Counted from the stretch's first letter, positions 1 through 10,292 are shown. The stretch is DNA of 64,000 bases from an uncultured Chloroflexia bacterium (GCA_963703345.1 OY969814.1:576001-640000), one strand, 5' to 3'. Numbers and translations: made by a program. The notes: a model not told the origin generated them from the sequence alone.

Positions 1-2326
1 GGGCGATGTACTCCTGGAATCGCTTGCCCACTGCCCTGAGGTCCATATAGAAGATGGTGGACTTCGTCCCAGGGTGGTGTTCGTACGCCAGTATGGCCTC
101 CTTTGTGGCATGCATGCAGCACACGCTTGAGCAGTAGGCCTTGTGCCTGAAGTCTCGGGAGCCGACGCACTGGATGAATGCTATGTTCTTGGCCAGTTTG
201 CCGTCAGAGGGGCGCATGAGCTCGCCGGCCGTAGGGCCAGAGGCCGAGGTAAGCCTCTCGTATTCCATGGCGGTGATTACGTTCTCTATCCTTCCATAGC
301 CGTACTCGCCGAGCTTAGAAACGTCGTAGAGGTCTAAGCCAGTCGCGAGGATAACTGCGCCAACGTTGACGTCCAGGTACCGCTCTTCCTGGTCATAGCG
401 TATGGCCTTGGCCTGGCAGGTCTTCTCACACAGCCTGCAGTCGGAGCAGACGGCGCAGTTTAGACAACGGTTCGCTTCCTCGATGGCCGCCTCCGTGGTG
501 AGAGCGAGCTCTATCTCTTGAAAGTCCCTCACCCTCTCTTCAGGGGCTCTGAGGCGCAGCTCGACCCTCTCCCGCCGCTCGATCTCCCTCTCAGGGAGAG
601 GCACGGGAGCCTCAGCCTCCTTCTCCCTCCCCTCCCGCAGGTCGAGACCGTTTATGAACCTGTCTATAGATATGGCCGCCTCGTTGCCTTGGGCGACAGC
701 CTCTATGATCGATGCCGGGCCCCTGACGATGTCACCACCGGCGAAGACCCCGGGAAGGTTCGTCTCCAGCGTGACTTCATCCGCCCCGATTGTCCCCCGG
801 GCAGTCTTCTCCAGACCCTCGAAGGCTGACAGGTCTGACCTTTGGCCAATGGCGATGATCAGCGTGTCCCCGGCTAGGGATGGCCCGGAACTCTCTGAGA
901 ACTTGGGGGCGAACCTGCCACCCTCGTCGTAAACCGAGGTGCAGAGAACTGTTTCCAGCCCTGTCATCCGCCCATTCTCGCTCTGCACCATCTTCGGGCC
1001 CAGTGAACCATGGATGATGACGCCCTCTTCCTCCGCCTCCTCGATCTCCCAGCTATGGGCGGGCATCCTGTCCCTCGAGGTGAGGTCCCTCGTCTCAAGG
1101 CAGACAAGGTGGACCTCCTTCGCCCCCAGCCTCAGGGCGATCCTGGCACAGTCTATGCCGACGTTCCCGCCGCCGATAACTATCGCCCTCTGCCCGAAGC
1201 CTTCCACCTTCCCGCTCGCCTTCGCTTCCTGCAAGAAGGGGAGGCCGTAGAGCACGCCTTTGGCCTCCGCGCCCTCCACCGGGAGCCGCGCTGCGTCCTG
1301 GCAACCTACGGCTACGAAGACCGCCTTGTAGTCTCTCTTGAGTTGATCGAAGGTGATGTCCTTGCCAACTCTCGTGTTTGTCTTCACTTCCACGCCGCTC
1401 GCCAGCACACGGTCCACGTCGTAGCTGGCGATCTCTGTGGGGATGCGATAGTCGGGGATGCAGCCCGTGACCATGCCACCGGCCTTCCCCGACGCCTCGA
1501 AGACGGTGACCGGGTAGCCCATCTCCAACAGTCTCAGAGCGCAGGTGAGGCCTGAGGGCCCTGCTCCAACAACTGCCACCTTCTCCTCGCGCGTGGGCTT
1601 TAGGACCTGTGGAGGCGCCTCGCCGTTTTCCCTCGCCCAGTCTGAGATGAACCTCTTCAGCGCTCGGATGGAAACGGGCTCATCCACGTCCCGGCGGTTG
1701 CACTGATCTTCGCAAGGGTGGTGGCAGGCCCTGCCGCATATTGCTGGGAAGGGGAGCGTTTCGCGTACGACATCCAGGGCCTCTTGGAACTTTCCCTTGG
1801 AGGTCAGGGCAACATAGCCCTGAACCCTCGTGCCGGCCGGGCAGCCATCTCTGCAGGGGGAGATGCCTCTTCTATCGATGACGTAGAGGTTGGGAATCGC
1901 TTGGGCGAAGGGCTTGTAGATGGCCTTTCTCTTGCCCATGCCCTGGTTGAACTCGCTGAGGATCTCAACCGGACATTGCTCTGCACACTCTCCGCAGCCG
2001 GTGCATTTGGTCTCATCGATGTAGCGGGGCTTCATCAGTATCCTGGCCTGGAACCTCCCCAGCTCTCCCTCCACCGCCGCGACCTCGGAGTAGCTCAGCA
2101 CCTTGACGTTCTCGTGGCGGTAGCACTCGATCATCTTGGGGGCGAGGATGCACATGGCGCAGTCGTTGGTGGGGAAGGTCTTGTCCAACTGAGCCATTCT
2201 CCCGCCGATTGAGGGAGACTGCTCCACCAGATAGACTTGAAAGCCCATGTTGGCCAGGTCGATGGACGCCTGGATGCCGGCAATGCCTCCGCCGACTACC
2301 AGCACTGAGTTATTGTTGTCGCTCAT
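1..2326 (-). CDS. hdrL: HdrA/HdrL-like flavoprotein with inserted GltD-like NAD(P)H oxidoreductase domain (runs off left edge)
   Basis: Manual translation from ATG 2326: MSDNNNSVLVVGGGIAGIQASIDLANMG..QLDKTFPTNDCAMCILAPK; internal GltD motifs (CGRACHHPCE..C, GAGPSG, IGGGNVG, FAGGD), RCLNCAVCSDC, then HdrA QCVGSR..YCSSVCCM..IFYMDLR still in frame at the window edge. Confidence 0.9.
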   Translation of the reverse strand, partial: MSDNNNSVLVVGGGIAGIQASIDLANMGFQVYLVEQSPSIGGRMAQLDKTFPTNDCAMCILAPKMIECYRHENVKVLSYSEVAAVEGELGRFQARILMKPRYIDETKCTGCGECAEQCPVEILSEFNQGMGKRKAIYKPFAQAIPNLYVIDRRGISPCRDGCPAGTRVQGYVALTSKGKFQEALDVVRETLPFPAICGRACHHPCEDQCNRRDVDEPVSIRALKRFISDWARENGEAPPQVLKPTREEKVAVVGAGPSGLTCALRLLEMGYPVTVFEASGKAGGMVTGCIPDYRIPTEIASYDVDRVLASGVEVKTNTRVGKDITFDQLKRDYKAVFVAVGCQDAARLPVEGAEAKGVLYGLPFLQEAKASGKVEGFGQRAIVIGGGNVGIDCARIALRLGAKEVHLVCLETRDLTSRDRMPAHSWEIEEAEEEGVIIHGSLGPKMVQSENGRMTGLETVLCTSVYDEGGRFAPKFSESSGPSLAGDTLIIAIGQRSDLSAFEGLEKTARGTIGADEVTLETNLPGVFAGGDIVRGPASIIEAVAQGNEAAISIDRFINGLDLREGREKEAEAPVPLPEREIERRERVELRLRAPEERVRDFQEIELALTTEAAIEEANRCLNCAVCSDCRLCEKTCQAKAIRYDQEERYLDVNVGAVILATGLDLYDVSKLGEYGYGRIENVITAMEYERLTSASGPTAGELMRPSDGKLAKNIAFIQCVGSRDFRHKAYCSSVCCMHATKEAILAYEHHPGTKSTIFYMDLRAVGKRFQEYIA

Positions 2327-3513
2327 CTTCTACCCCTAAGGCACTAGCAACGAATTCTGCCAGATCCATGACGGGAATCTCCACGTCGGGGCCCTTTGCT
2401 TTCCCCTTGCTCACCATCGCACACTTGAAGTGAATTTGGCATTTCGGGCAAGAAGTTATGAGGACCTCGGCGCCGGTGGATTTCGCCTCAAGCAATCGCT
2501 CAACGCGTATCTGTTTGGAGTATAAGTCGCAGTTCGTGAAGGCGCTGGTGCCGCAGCAGAGTGACTCCTCCCTGTTCCGGCCCATCTCGAGCAGTTCTAT
2601 CCCGGGGATAGCCTTCAGCACGTCCCTCGGCGCCTCATAGACCCCCAGATGCCTGCCCAGCCGACAGGGGTCGTGGTATGTGACCTTCCTCTTGACCTCT
2701 TTGAGACCGAGTCCGTCCTTGTCTATCCTGTCGGCCAGAAGTTCGCTGATGTGCTGAAGCTCGCAATCTAGTTCCACGTACTTCGGGTAGTCTTCTTTGA
2801 AGGTCCGGTAGCACTCAGCGCAGGAGAAGACAATCTTCTTCACCCCCGCCTTCTTGATCATCGCGGCGTTCTGCTCCGCCAGCGCCTTGAAGCCGTCCAC
2901 GTCTCCCGTCCAGAGCAGGTCGTGGCCACAGCACTTCTCATCCTCGCGCACGACGGGCTCTATTCCCAGCGAATTGAGAAGCCTGAGGCTCCCTCTTGCG
3001 GGCCTTGAGAGACTCGACGTCAATGTCCTCAAAGACGGGCTCAAAGTAGGGGGCACACCCGACAAAAAACAGGACGTCGCCTTCGGCAGAGACTCGAGTC
3101 CCGTCGGATAGCCACTCCAGCCGTCGCTGGGCGATGGACGAATTCGCCATCAGCCGGCTCAGAGATTGCAGTGTGCCGGAGTGGGCGCAGGCTCCATGCT
3201 GACCACGATTTGACGCCAAGGCCCTGGTCTTCTGAATGAAGAGGGGATAGTCGACATCTGAGGGGCATTTAGAACTACAAGCGTAGCAGGTCAGGCAGGA
3301 GAAGAGCTCGCGAGCGTAAACCAGGTCATCCTCGAGGCCAAGTAGAGCTTTCTCGACCATCACTCGCGGGGAGTAGGCCGGGTTATGCCTTGAAACCGGG
3401 CACGAGCCCGAGCACTTGCCACACTCCAGGCAATAGTATGCCTTGGTCTCATTGATGACTTGCTCCAGGCGAGGGTGTGCCTTCGTCTCCTTGACAACTT
3501 GCTCTAGCGTCAA
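2310..3513 (-). pseudogene. hdrD: HdrD-like (HdrC ferredoxin + CCG domain fusion), split by a 1-nt frameshift near 3000
   Basis: ORF 2938-3513 has CLECGKCSGSCP/CLTCYACSSKCP and FVGC; ORF 2310-3065 continues with KCCG, YHDPCRLGRH, CCG, TSCPKC; the junction AAG GCC C GCA AGA has one extra base. May be a sequencing error. Confidence 0.8.
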
Positions 3514-3932
3514 GCTATGGCCTCCTTTCTGAACGGCGAGGGGCCAAGTTGTTTCAACTGATCAACATACCCTTTGATCGTTTCGGCAAACCCGCCTCCC
3601 TCGGCCGCGGAGATCCACTCCAGCTTCAGGCGCTCGTCCTCCAACCCCAGCGTGTGCAGCAACCTCCTGAGCTTCGCTGTCCTCTCTTCTGCCCTCTTGT
3701 TCCCTGAGATGTAGTGGCAATCTCCGATGTGGCAGCCGGCAAGCAGGACGCCATCAAATCCCCCCTCAAAGGCTTTGAGGACGTAGATGGGGTCGATCAT
3801 TCCACTGCACATCACCCTTATGATCCGCACGTTTGACGGATAGTTGATGCGACTTGTCCCGGCTAGATCAGCCGCTGCATATGAACACCAGTTGCAGGTA
3901 AAGGCGACGATCTGTGGTTCGAATCCGTTCAC
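3510..3932 (-). CDS. mvhD: MvhD [2Fe-2S] subunit
   Basis: FTCNWCSYAAADLAG, RVMCSG, GCHIGDCHY, WISAAEG motifs. Confidence 0.95.
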   Translation of the reverse strand: MNGFEPQIVAFTCNWCSYAAADLAGTSRINYPSNVRIIRVMCSGMIDPIYVLKAFEGGFDGVLLAGCHIGDCHYISGNKRAEERTAKLRRLLHTLGLEDERLKLEWISAAEGGGFAETIKGYVDQLKQLGPSPFRKEAIA

Positions 3933-5917
3933 ACTGGTACTCCCGATAACGCCTCAAGCTCGGCTAGTATTTGTTGACGAGTGAAGTGCCTGATGGAGAT
4001 GGCTCCCGTGGGACAGGTGACGGCACAAACTCCACAGCCTTTGCACAGGGCCTCGTTAATTGAGGACACTGGTATCATCCTCCCGTTGCTGATCAGGGTG
4101 GGGGCATGAAACACGCAGATCTCTTCGCACCGCCCACACCCCTGACATAACGTCTCATCTACGGTGGCCGTGGCCGCCTGCAGCTCCACGCTCCCTTTAT
4201 CGATGAGGGCCAGGGTCTCAGCCGCTCCAGCCAGGGCCTGCGCAACAGTGTCCGGGATGTCCTTTGGGCCCTGGGCACATCCGATTACGAAGACGCCGTC
4301 GTTGGCGGTCGCGACCGGCTCCAGCTTGGCGTGTCTCTCCTGGAGGAAACCGTCGGCGCTCTGAGTGAGGTTGAAGAGCCGCGCCACATCTCGAGCGTCG
4401 GACCGTGCCTCCATGGCCGGGCAAAGAACCACCATGTCCACGGGAACTCGCAGTTGGCGCCCGATCAGCGTGTTCTCGCACACCACGACGAGCTTCCCCT
4501 GTTCCTCCTCGCTGAGGGCGAGATCCGTGACCTGAGCCGGCTTGCCCCGGATGAAAGTCACGCCCTCGCTGCCCTCTCTCTGGAAGAACTCCTCGAATCC
4601 CTTGCCGTAGCAGCGCATGTCTATATAGAACTGGTAAACGTTGGCGTCCTCGATCTTCTCCTTGATCAGATGAGCGAACTTTAGGGCATACATGCAGCAG
4701 ACGCGGGAGCAGTACGAGTGGTATTTCCGGTCGCGGCTACCGACGCAGTGGATGATGCCCACGCTCTTCGGCTCCTGGCCGTTGATGACGATGTGGCCGC
4801 CGGTGGGGCCGGTGGCGTTGCAGAGACGCTCGAATTGGAGGCTGGTGATCACGTTGGGGAACTTGCCGTAGCCGAGTCGGGCGATCTCTGAGGGGTCCAT
4901 CAGGTCGTAGCCGGTGGCCACGACAACGGCGCCTACCTCGACGTCTACAATCTTCTCCGTCTGGCTGAAGTCTATGGCTCCCCGTTCGCAGAACTTCAGG
5001 CAGGCGCCGCACTTGCCGTCTTTGAGAATGTAGACGCAATGCTCCGGGTCAATCACCGGGACGTTAGGGACTGCTTGCGGGAACGGCGTGTAGATGGCCT
5101 TCCGCTGTCCCAGGCCGCAATCGAACTCGCTCTCCGTCTTCCAGGGGCACTTCTCCTGGCAGATACCGCAGCCCGTGCACAGGCTCTCGTCCACGTAGCG
5201 GGGCTTTCTGCGGATGGTAGCCCTGAAGTTGCCCACGTAGCCCTGGACATCCACCACCTCGCTGTAGGTCATTAGCTCGATGTTGGGATGGGACTTCACC
5301 GCCGCCATCCTGGGCGTCAAGATGCAGGCCGAGCAGTCCAGGGTAGGAAAGGTCTTGTCTATCTGGGTCATGTGCCCACCGATGGACGGCTCTCGCTCGA
5401 CCAGATATACTTTGCGGCCCGCATCGGCTACCTTCAGGGCGGCCTGAATCCCGGCGATACCCCCACCGACCACGAGGACGGCAGGCTCGACCGGCACCTC
5501 TCGACTCTCCAGAGGTTCCAGGTAGTAAGCGCGCGAGATGGCGGCACTGATCAGGGCCTTGGCCTTGTCGGTTGCGCCGTCCTTGTGCACCCACGAGCAC
5601 TGCTCACGGATGTTACAGATGTGAAGCTGATACGGGTTCAGCCCGCCGTCTTCAACGACGCGGCGGAAGGTTGGCTCATGCATGCGCGGCGAGCAGGCCG
5701 CCACGACGACACGGTTGAGGCCGAGTTCCTCGATGTCTTGTTTGATGAGGGCCTGACCCGGCTCGGAGCACATGAACTTATAGTTGCGGGCTACCGCGAC
5801 TGAGCCTCGCTCCTGCGCGAAAGCCGTCACTTGCTCAACATCGACTGTGCCAGCGATGTTGCTGCCGCAATGGCAAACGTAAACGCCTATCTTGACGTCG
5901 TTCTTGTCTTCTGCCAT
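3929..5917 (-). CDS. hdrA: Heterodisulfide reductase subunit A
   Basis: IGVYVCHCG, AACSPRMHE, GGGIAG, DKTFPTLDCSAC, HCVGSRD..CSRVCCM, C-terminal ferredoxin; start placed at ATG 5917 behind an AGGAGG RBS. Confidence 0.95.
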   Translation of the reverse strand: MAEDKNDVKIGVYVCHCGSNIAGTVDVEQVTAFAQERGSVAVARNYKFMCSEPGQALIKQDIEELGLNRVVVAACSPRMHEPTFRRVVEDGGLNPYQLHICNIREQCSWVHKDGATDKAKALISAAISRAYYLEPLESREVPVEPAVLVVGGGIAGIQAALKVADAGRKVYLVEREPSIGGHMTQIDKTFPTLDCSACILTPRMAAVKSHPNIELMTYSEVVDVQGYVGNFRATIRRKPRYVDESLCTGCGICQEKCPWKTESEFDCGLGQRKAIYTPFPQAVPNVPVIDPEHCVYILKDGKCGACLKFCERGAIDFSQTEKIVDVEVGAVVVATGYDLMDPSEIARLGYGKFPNVITSLQFERLCNATGPTGGHIVINGQEPKSVGIIHCVGSRDRKYHSYCSRVCCMYALKFAHLIKEKIEDANVYQFYIDMRCYGKGFEEFFQREGSEGVTFIRGKPAQVTDLALSEEEQGKLVVVCENTLIGRQLRVPVDMVVLCPAMEARSDARDVARLFNLTQSADGFLQERHAKLEPVATANDGVFVIGCAQGPKDIPDTVAQALAGAAETLALIDKGSVELQAATATVDETLCQGCGRCEEICVFHAPTLISNGRMIPVSSINEALCKGCGVCAVTCPTGAISIRHFTRQQILAELEALSGVPV

Positions 5918-5927
5918 CGGCACCCTC

Positions 5928-6839
5928 CTAACCCGGTCCGGAGGCACTGCCGGCGCCGCTCGAAACGGTGGCGCCGACCGCTATCTTTCTGTAAAGGCGG
6001 TCAACAGGCACAGTGTTTCGCTGAAGCCCCAACGCCTTTTCCGGCAGGCCAAAGGCCAGGCCCATTATCTGGGTGAGGAAGAGGATCGGGATCTCGAAGT
6101 GGGTACCCCTGGCCCGCCCTGCCTCCTTCTGGAAGCTGTTGAGGTTGAACATGCAGAGAGGGCAGGCGGTGACGATGCAGTCGGCATCGCCTGCTGCAGT
6201 GAGCAGGTCCCCGATGAGCTTGGCGCCTATACTGCGCTTGGACATGGAAAGGGTGCCACCGCAGCATGCCGTCTTGAGCGGGTAGTCCACAATCTGAGCC
6301 CCAAGGGTCCCCAACAGTTCGTCGAAGCAGCGCGGGTCCTCGACCGAGTCAAACTGGGCATACGTCCACATGCCCTGGCAGCAGCCGTAGTAGGGAGCCA
6401 CCCGCAGCCCGCCGAGAGGCCTTTTGACCTTCTCTGCCACCGCGTCCAAGCCGACATCGTTGATGATGACGTCCAGGACGTGGCGCAGTCGGGCCTTCCC
6501 TGAGTACTGGACCCCTGTCTCGGCCAGCAGGACGTTCACTTTCTCGCGCACGCTGGCGTTGTTCTCGGTGTAGTGAACTGCCCGGATGAGGTTCATGTAG
6601 CACCGGCTACACCCCGTCACAAGGTCACTCTCCGCCCGCTCTGCGAGTGCCAGGTTACGAGCGGGGAGAGCGAGAGAGAGCAGATAGCTGACTCCATTGG
6701 CCATAGCCGCCCCGCAGCAGTTCCAGTCCTCCAACTGGGTTAGCTCCACTCCCAAGTGCCGCATCGTAGCCTGGAGGGATTCCTCGCACTCCTTCGAGGT
6801 ACCGCTTGCGGAACAGCCGGGATAGTAGGCGTACTTCAT
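5928..6839 (-). CDS. hdrB: Heterodisulfide reductase subunit B
   Basis: YYPGCS, DWNCCG, PYYGC, ACCGG, TACPLC CCG-domain motifs. Confidence 0.93.
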   Translation of the reverse strand: MKYAYYPGCSASGTSKECEESLQATMRHLGVELTQLEDWNCCGAAMANGVSYLLSLALPARNLALAERAESDLVTGCSRCYMNLIRAVHYTENNASVREKVNVLLAETGVQYSGKARLRHVLDVIINDVGLDAVAEKVKRPLGGLRVAPYYGCCQGMWTYAQFDSVEDPRCFDELLGTLGAQIVDYPLKTACCGGTLSMSKRSIGAKLIGDLLTAAGDADCIVTACPLCMFNLNSFQKEAGRARGTHFEIPILFLTQIMGLAFGLPEKALGLQRNTVPVDRLYRKIAVGATVSSGAGSASGPG

Positions 6840-7414
6840 GGCCTGCCCTCGATCTCTGCAGCTTTGCGGAACATCGCTGCTATGGCTTTCTGACTTCGCA
6901 TTTTTGGTGGTCTCAGCGCGATCTTGCCTTTGCGCAGAAGCGTTAGGCCCACGCCCACCTGTTCACGCAAACGCAATGGGTTAGGGGCATAGTAGCGGAC
7001 CAGGAATTCCGCCTCGTGGAAGCGGCCCTGACGCTCAACCGTGTCCATGAAGGCTTGGTACCAGCGTCTGATATGGGGGTCCGCGTGCTTTTCGGCCAGG
7101 CTGAGCCGCTGGATGACGCCCATCATGTCGGTCACCGCCACACCCCTCGGGCAGCGAAACGTGCAGGAGTAGCAGGCGGTGCAGAGCAGCCCCGCGCCAC
7201 TCGCCACCGCTTCCTTCACAAGCCCTAACTGGAGCAGGTTCATGACCTGCCGGGGCGTGTACTTCATCGCATAGGCGGTGCGGCAGCTACCGGTGCAGAG
7301 GCCACACTGGTAACAGAGCGAGAAATCATTTCCCACCAGGTCTGTCGAGGAAGGGGTGTGTCCCGGTACCTGCGGTGTCCATGCCCCCTCGAGTGTCTTC
7401 GGCTGCGCCCCCAT
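6836..7414 (-). CDS. hdrC: Heterodisulfide reductase subunit C
   Basis: CYQCGLCTGSC and CTACYSCTFRCPRG; overlaps the hdrB start. Confidence 0.9.
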   Translation of the reverse strand: MGAQPKTLEGAWTPQVPGHTPSSTDLVGNDFSLCYQCGLCTGSCRTAYAMKYTPRQVMNLLQLGLVKEAVASGAGLLCTACYSCTFRCPRGVAVTDMMGVIQRLSLAEKHADPHIRRWYQAFMDTVERQGRFHEAEFLVRYYAPNPLRLREQVGVGLTLLRKGKIALRPPKMRSQKAIAAMFRKAAEIEGRP

Positions 7415-7535
7415 CTTACGTCCCCCTAAAGTGAATAGCCGCGACGGGCTCCAATCCTACGACTTCTTCCATCTTCCTGCCGGTCGCCGGGGACCCCTGG
7501 AGGACGCCCCTCAGAGACCGCAGCGGTGGTATCTG

Positions 7536-7553
7536 GACATCAACGTTGATGTC
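7536..7553. promoter_or_regulatory. 18-bp perfect palindrome upstream of hdrC (possible operator)
   Basis: GACATCAACGTTGATGTC is its own reverse complement; lies between the rrf2 stop and the hdrC start. Confidence 0.4.
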
Positions 7554-7559
7554 TATCCC

Positions 7560-8021
7560 CTATCTCAGATGCCCGCTATCGAATTGGGTGGACAAGAACG
7601 GCGACCTGTACTTCTGTCTCTGCCGCTCGCAGAGTTCTTCTAACGTGGTCGACCCGAGGAATCCCGTCATTATTCCTCCCAGCTCTACCCAGAGGTCGCG
7701 TGCGCCGCAGGTGGCGCAGCGGGGGCAGACCTGCGGACGGTCGACGCACTCAACAGGCGTGAGCGGGCCCTCCAAGACATTCAAGATGTCGAGGATGGTG
7801 ATTTCGGATGCCGCCTTAATAAGTCCGACTCCGCCGCCGGTGCCGCGAACTGCCCTTAACAGGCCCTGCGCCTCCAGTCGCGCAGTCAGGTGTTCAAGGT
7901 ACTTCTTGGATATTTCCTGCCGTTCGGCGATGTCGTTGAGGTGAACGAGGCCCTCGTCGGCGTGCAGAGCAACGTCCAGCATCGCCCTTGTTCCGTACCT
8001 GCCCTTGGTAGAGACTCTCAT
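7560..8021 (-). CDS. Rrf2-family transcriptional regulator (IscR/CymR-like)
   Basis: MRVSTKGRYGTRAM..IAERQEISKKYLE..RGTGGG; C-terminal C-x6-C-x2-C-x2-C. Confidence 0.93.
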   Translation of the reverse strand: MRVSTKGRYGTRAMLDVALHADEGLVHLNDIAERQEISKKYLEHLTARLEAQGLLRAVRGTGGGVGLIKAASEITILDILNVLEGPLTPVECVDRPQVCPRCATCGARDLWVELGGIMTGFLGSTTLEELCERQRQKYRSPFLSTQFDSGHLR

Positions 8022-8045
8022 GTTTTCGGCCCTTCTGTGGCCACT

Positions 8046-8067
8046 TACTCTATCGACTTAGTCATTA
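8046..8067 (-). promoter_or_regulatory. Putative Rrf2 autoregulatory box
   Basis: AT-rich TAATGACTAAGTCGATAGAGTA about 25 bp upstream of rrf2, resembling IscR/CymR-type sites. Confidence 0.45.
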
Positions 8068-8138
8068 TCATATTCACCCAAGTTCTCGTCGCGCCTCCTC
8101 TAACACGAAGAGAGCTTATGGGGTTGGGTAGTAGGGGA

Positions 8139-9488
8139 TCATGTTCGCCAGCTCCGACCAAGGCGGTCACTGGTCGATGGAGACACGGGCGTTCTCGACG
8201 AAGGGTCAATGATCAGCAGACCGCCGGAATTGGGTGGCGCCGGTTTAGGCAGGCCGCATAGCGTATCTCCGAAAAATCTTTCTAGCTCTCGTATTCCGTC
8301 CGCCAGCGCATCGATTTCCTGGCGACGATTGTAGACGTAGAAGCTGGCACGCGCGGTCGCCTCGACACCCAGCCGCTTCAACAGTGGCTGCGCGCAGTGA
8401 TGGCCTGCCCTTACGGCAATGCCGTGGTAATCAAGGACGGTGGCGACGTCATGCGAGTGAATGTTCTCATAGTTGAAGGCGAGAGCGCCGCCGCGCTTGG
8501 AAGCGTCACGAGGTCCGTAGACGGTGATGCTTGGTATCTTCTCCAGTGTTCGGATGGCATAATCCATAAGGTCGACATCGTGCTGCCGAACCGCTTCCAT
8601 GCCCAGCCCCTCCAGATAATCGATGGCGACACCGAAGGCAAAGACTCCGCCAATATCAGGCGTGCCTGCTTCCCACCGCCAGGGCGCGACATTGTAGGTC
8701 GCCTCTCGGAGCTCGACGTGCGAGATCATGTGCCCGCCTCCGAGAAACGGTCCCATGTTCTCCAGGACGGCTGGTCGCGCGTAGAGTATGCCGATGCCCA
8801 TTGGGCCCAACATCTTGTGGCTGGAGAAAGCGAGGAAGTCACAGTCCAGCTCTTGTACGTCGACCGGCATATGCGGAACGCTCTGCGCGCCATCGACGAG
8901 CATGAGCGCTCCGTAAGCATGAGCAATCTCGCTGATCTCCCGAATCGGGTTGATGGTGCCGAGCACGTTCGACATTTGCGTCAGCGCCACAAGCTTTGTC
9001 TTCTCGCCGATGAGCTGCTGCACGTCGTCCCAGCGCAGCAGGCCCTCGTCGTCGATGTCTATAAAGCGAAGCGTGACTCCCGTCGCCTGCGCCAGCATCT
9101 GCCAGGGGATCAGGTTGCTATGGTGCTCCATGACGCTGAGGACGATCTCATCGCCCTCTTTCACGTGTTGCGAACCCCAGGCATACGCCACGAGGTTGAT
9201 CGCCTCCGTCGCGTTGCGCGTAAAGATGATGCTCTCGGCTGCCGGCGCATTGATGAATCGACGAGTCTTCTCCCGCGCCTCCTCGTAGAGCGTGGTCGCC
9301 TCGTCACCGAGGGTATGGATGCTGCGATGGACGTTGGCGTTGTGCCCGTGGTAGTACTCGACTAGGGCATCAGTGACGGCTAGTGGCTTCTGGCTGGTAG
9401 CCGCATTGTCGAGGTAGACCAGCGGCTTATTGTGGATCATCCGTTGCAGGATGGGGAAATCTCGTCTGATGAGTTCCACGTCTAGCAT
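8139..9488 (-). CDS. sufS: Cysteine desulfurase SufS (alternative in-frame start at 9653)
   Basis: YLDNAATSQKP, NVHR, EHHSN, DGAQS, SSHKMLGP, EAGTP, RAGHHCAQP. Confidence 0.95.
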   Translation of the reverse strand: MLDVELIRRDFPILQRMIHNKPLVYLDNAATSQKPLAVTDALVEYYHGHNANVHRSIHTLGDEATTLYEEAREKTRRFINAPAAESIIFTRNATEAINLVAYAWGSQHVKEGDEIVLSVMEHHSNLIPWQMLAQATGVTLRFIDIDDEGLLRWDDVQQLIGEKTKLVALTQMSNVLGTINPIREISEIAHAYGALMLVDGAQSVPHMPVDVQELDCDFLAFSSHKMLGPMGIGILYARPAVLENMGPFLGGGHMISHVELREATYNVAPWRWEAGTPDIGGVFAFGVAIDYLEGLGMEAVRQHDVDLMDYAIRTLEKIPSITVYGPRDASKRGGALAFNYENIHSHDVATVLDYHGIAVRAGHHCAQPLLKRLGVEATARASFYVYNRRQEIDALADGIRELERFFGDTLCGLPKPAPPNSGGLLIIDPSSRTPVSPSTSDRLGRSWRT

Positions 9489-9930
9489 CGCCGGCTCCTC
9501 TTTCGAGGCAGACCTCAAGTCCGTCCCGTCGATTCCGATGGCCTGCCTATCAGAGGCTGAATGAGCGGGCGATGTCGGCCCGGTCACCGATCGCTTCGCC
9601 ACACTGGCCGTCGGAATCGAGGTCGTCATACTAGCGGCTGTCACATCCTGCATACGCTCATCACCTCCTGCAGTATCTGACCGTAGATGTCGGGAAAGGT
9701 GTAAGCACCTTGAGCGAGGCGGCGACAGAGGATGCTTTTGCGAAGAGGGACCTGATCTTCTATTACGACGAGCGCGCCACCGCTCAGCCGTACTGCCAAC
9801 GAGCGTCTCTTCAAGATAAAGATTCCCCACCTTTGCTTCGCTGACGGGAATGATGGTCACCAATGGCAGAGCCGGGACGCCGACTGTCTCTCTCCAGCTC
9901 TGGCCTATCGATAAATCTAGAAGCCGCCCC

Positions 9931-9995
9931 CTCTAGGTATTTATGCTTAGACCCCTCTAAGTATTTATGCTTAGTCTCTAGGTATTTATGCCTAG
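9931..9995. repeat. Three tandem 20-bp quasi-palindromic repeats CTCTARGTATTTATGCYTAG
   Basis: Copies at 9931-9950, 9955-9974, 9976-9995. Confidence 0.9.
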
Positions 9996-10012
9996 AACTA
10001 ACCTTTGGCCCA

Positions 10013-10040
10013 AGTATATGACAGTCTTTCCATATGTCAA
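10013..10040 (-). promoter_or_regulatory. Sigma70-type promoter toward sufS
   Basis: TTGACA-N16-TATACT on the minus strand. Confidence 0.6.
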
Positions 10041-10154
10041 GCGCTTCACCTGTAAAAACTTGTCGTTTTGTGGAAATGCAGGTTCGCGCGTGGAGGGAGA
10101 CGACCGATAGCTTACTGAACCCCGTGCGTTTCCGGGAGCGCTCGTCGACCCACC

Positions 10155-10292
10155 ATGAAGATGTCGCTCGACTTCATCGGCATCAACCTCTACTCGCGCG
10201 CCGTCGTGGCGGACAACCCGGAAGACAAGAACACGGGCGCGCAGCGAATCGAGCCGCCCGACATCGAGCGGACCGATTTCGGCCCATCATAA
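10155..10292 (+). pseudogene. Fragment of a GH1 beta-glucosidase
   Basis: Translates MKMSLDFIGINLYSRAVV...ERTDFG, matching the GH1 DFxGxNyY...TDxGW segment; no surrounding gene. Confidence 0.6.

Noticed and set aside
2100-5917. Selenocysteine in HdrA/HdrL/MvhD
   Set aside because: The usual Sec positions read Cys (DCAMC, DCSAC, CNWCSY, GDCHY); no in-frame TGA
9931-9995. Mini CRISPR array
   Set aside because: Repeats are separated by only 1-4 bp, so there are no spacers; no cas genes
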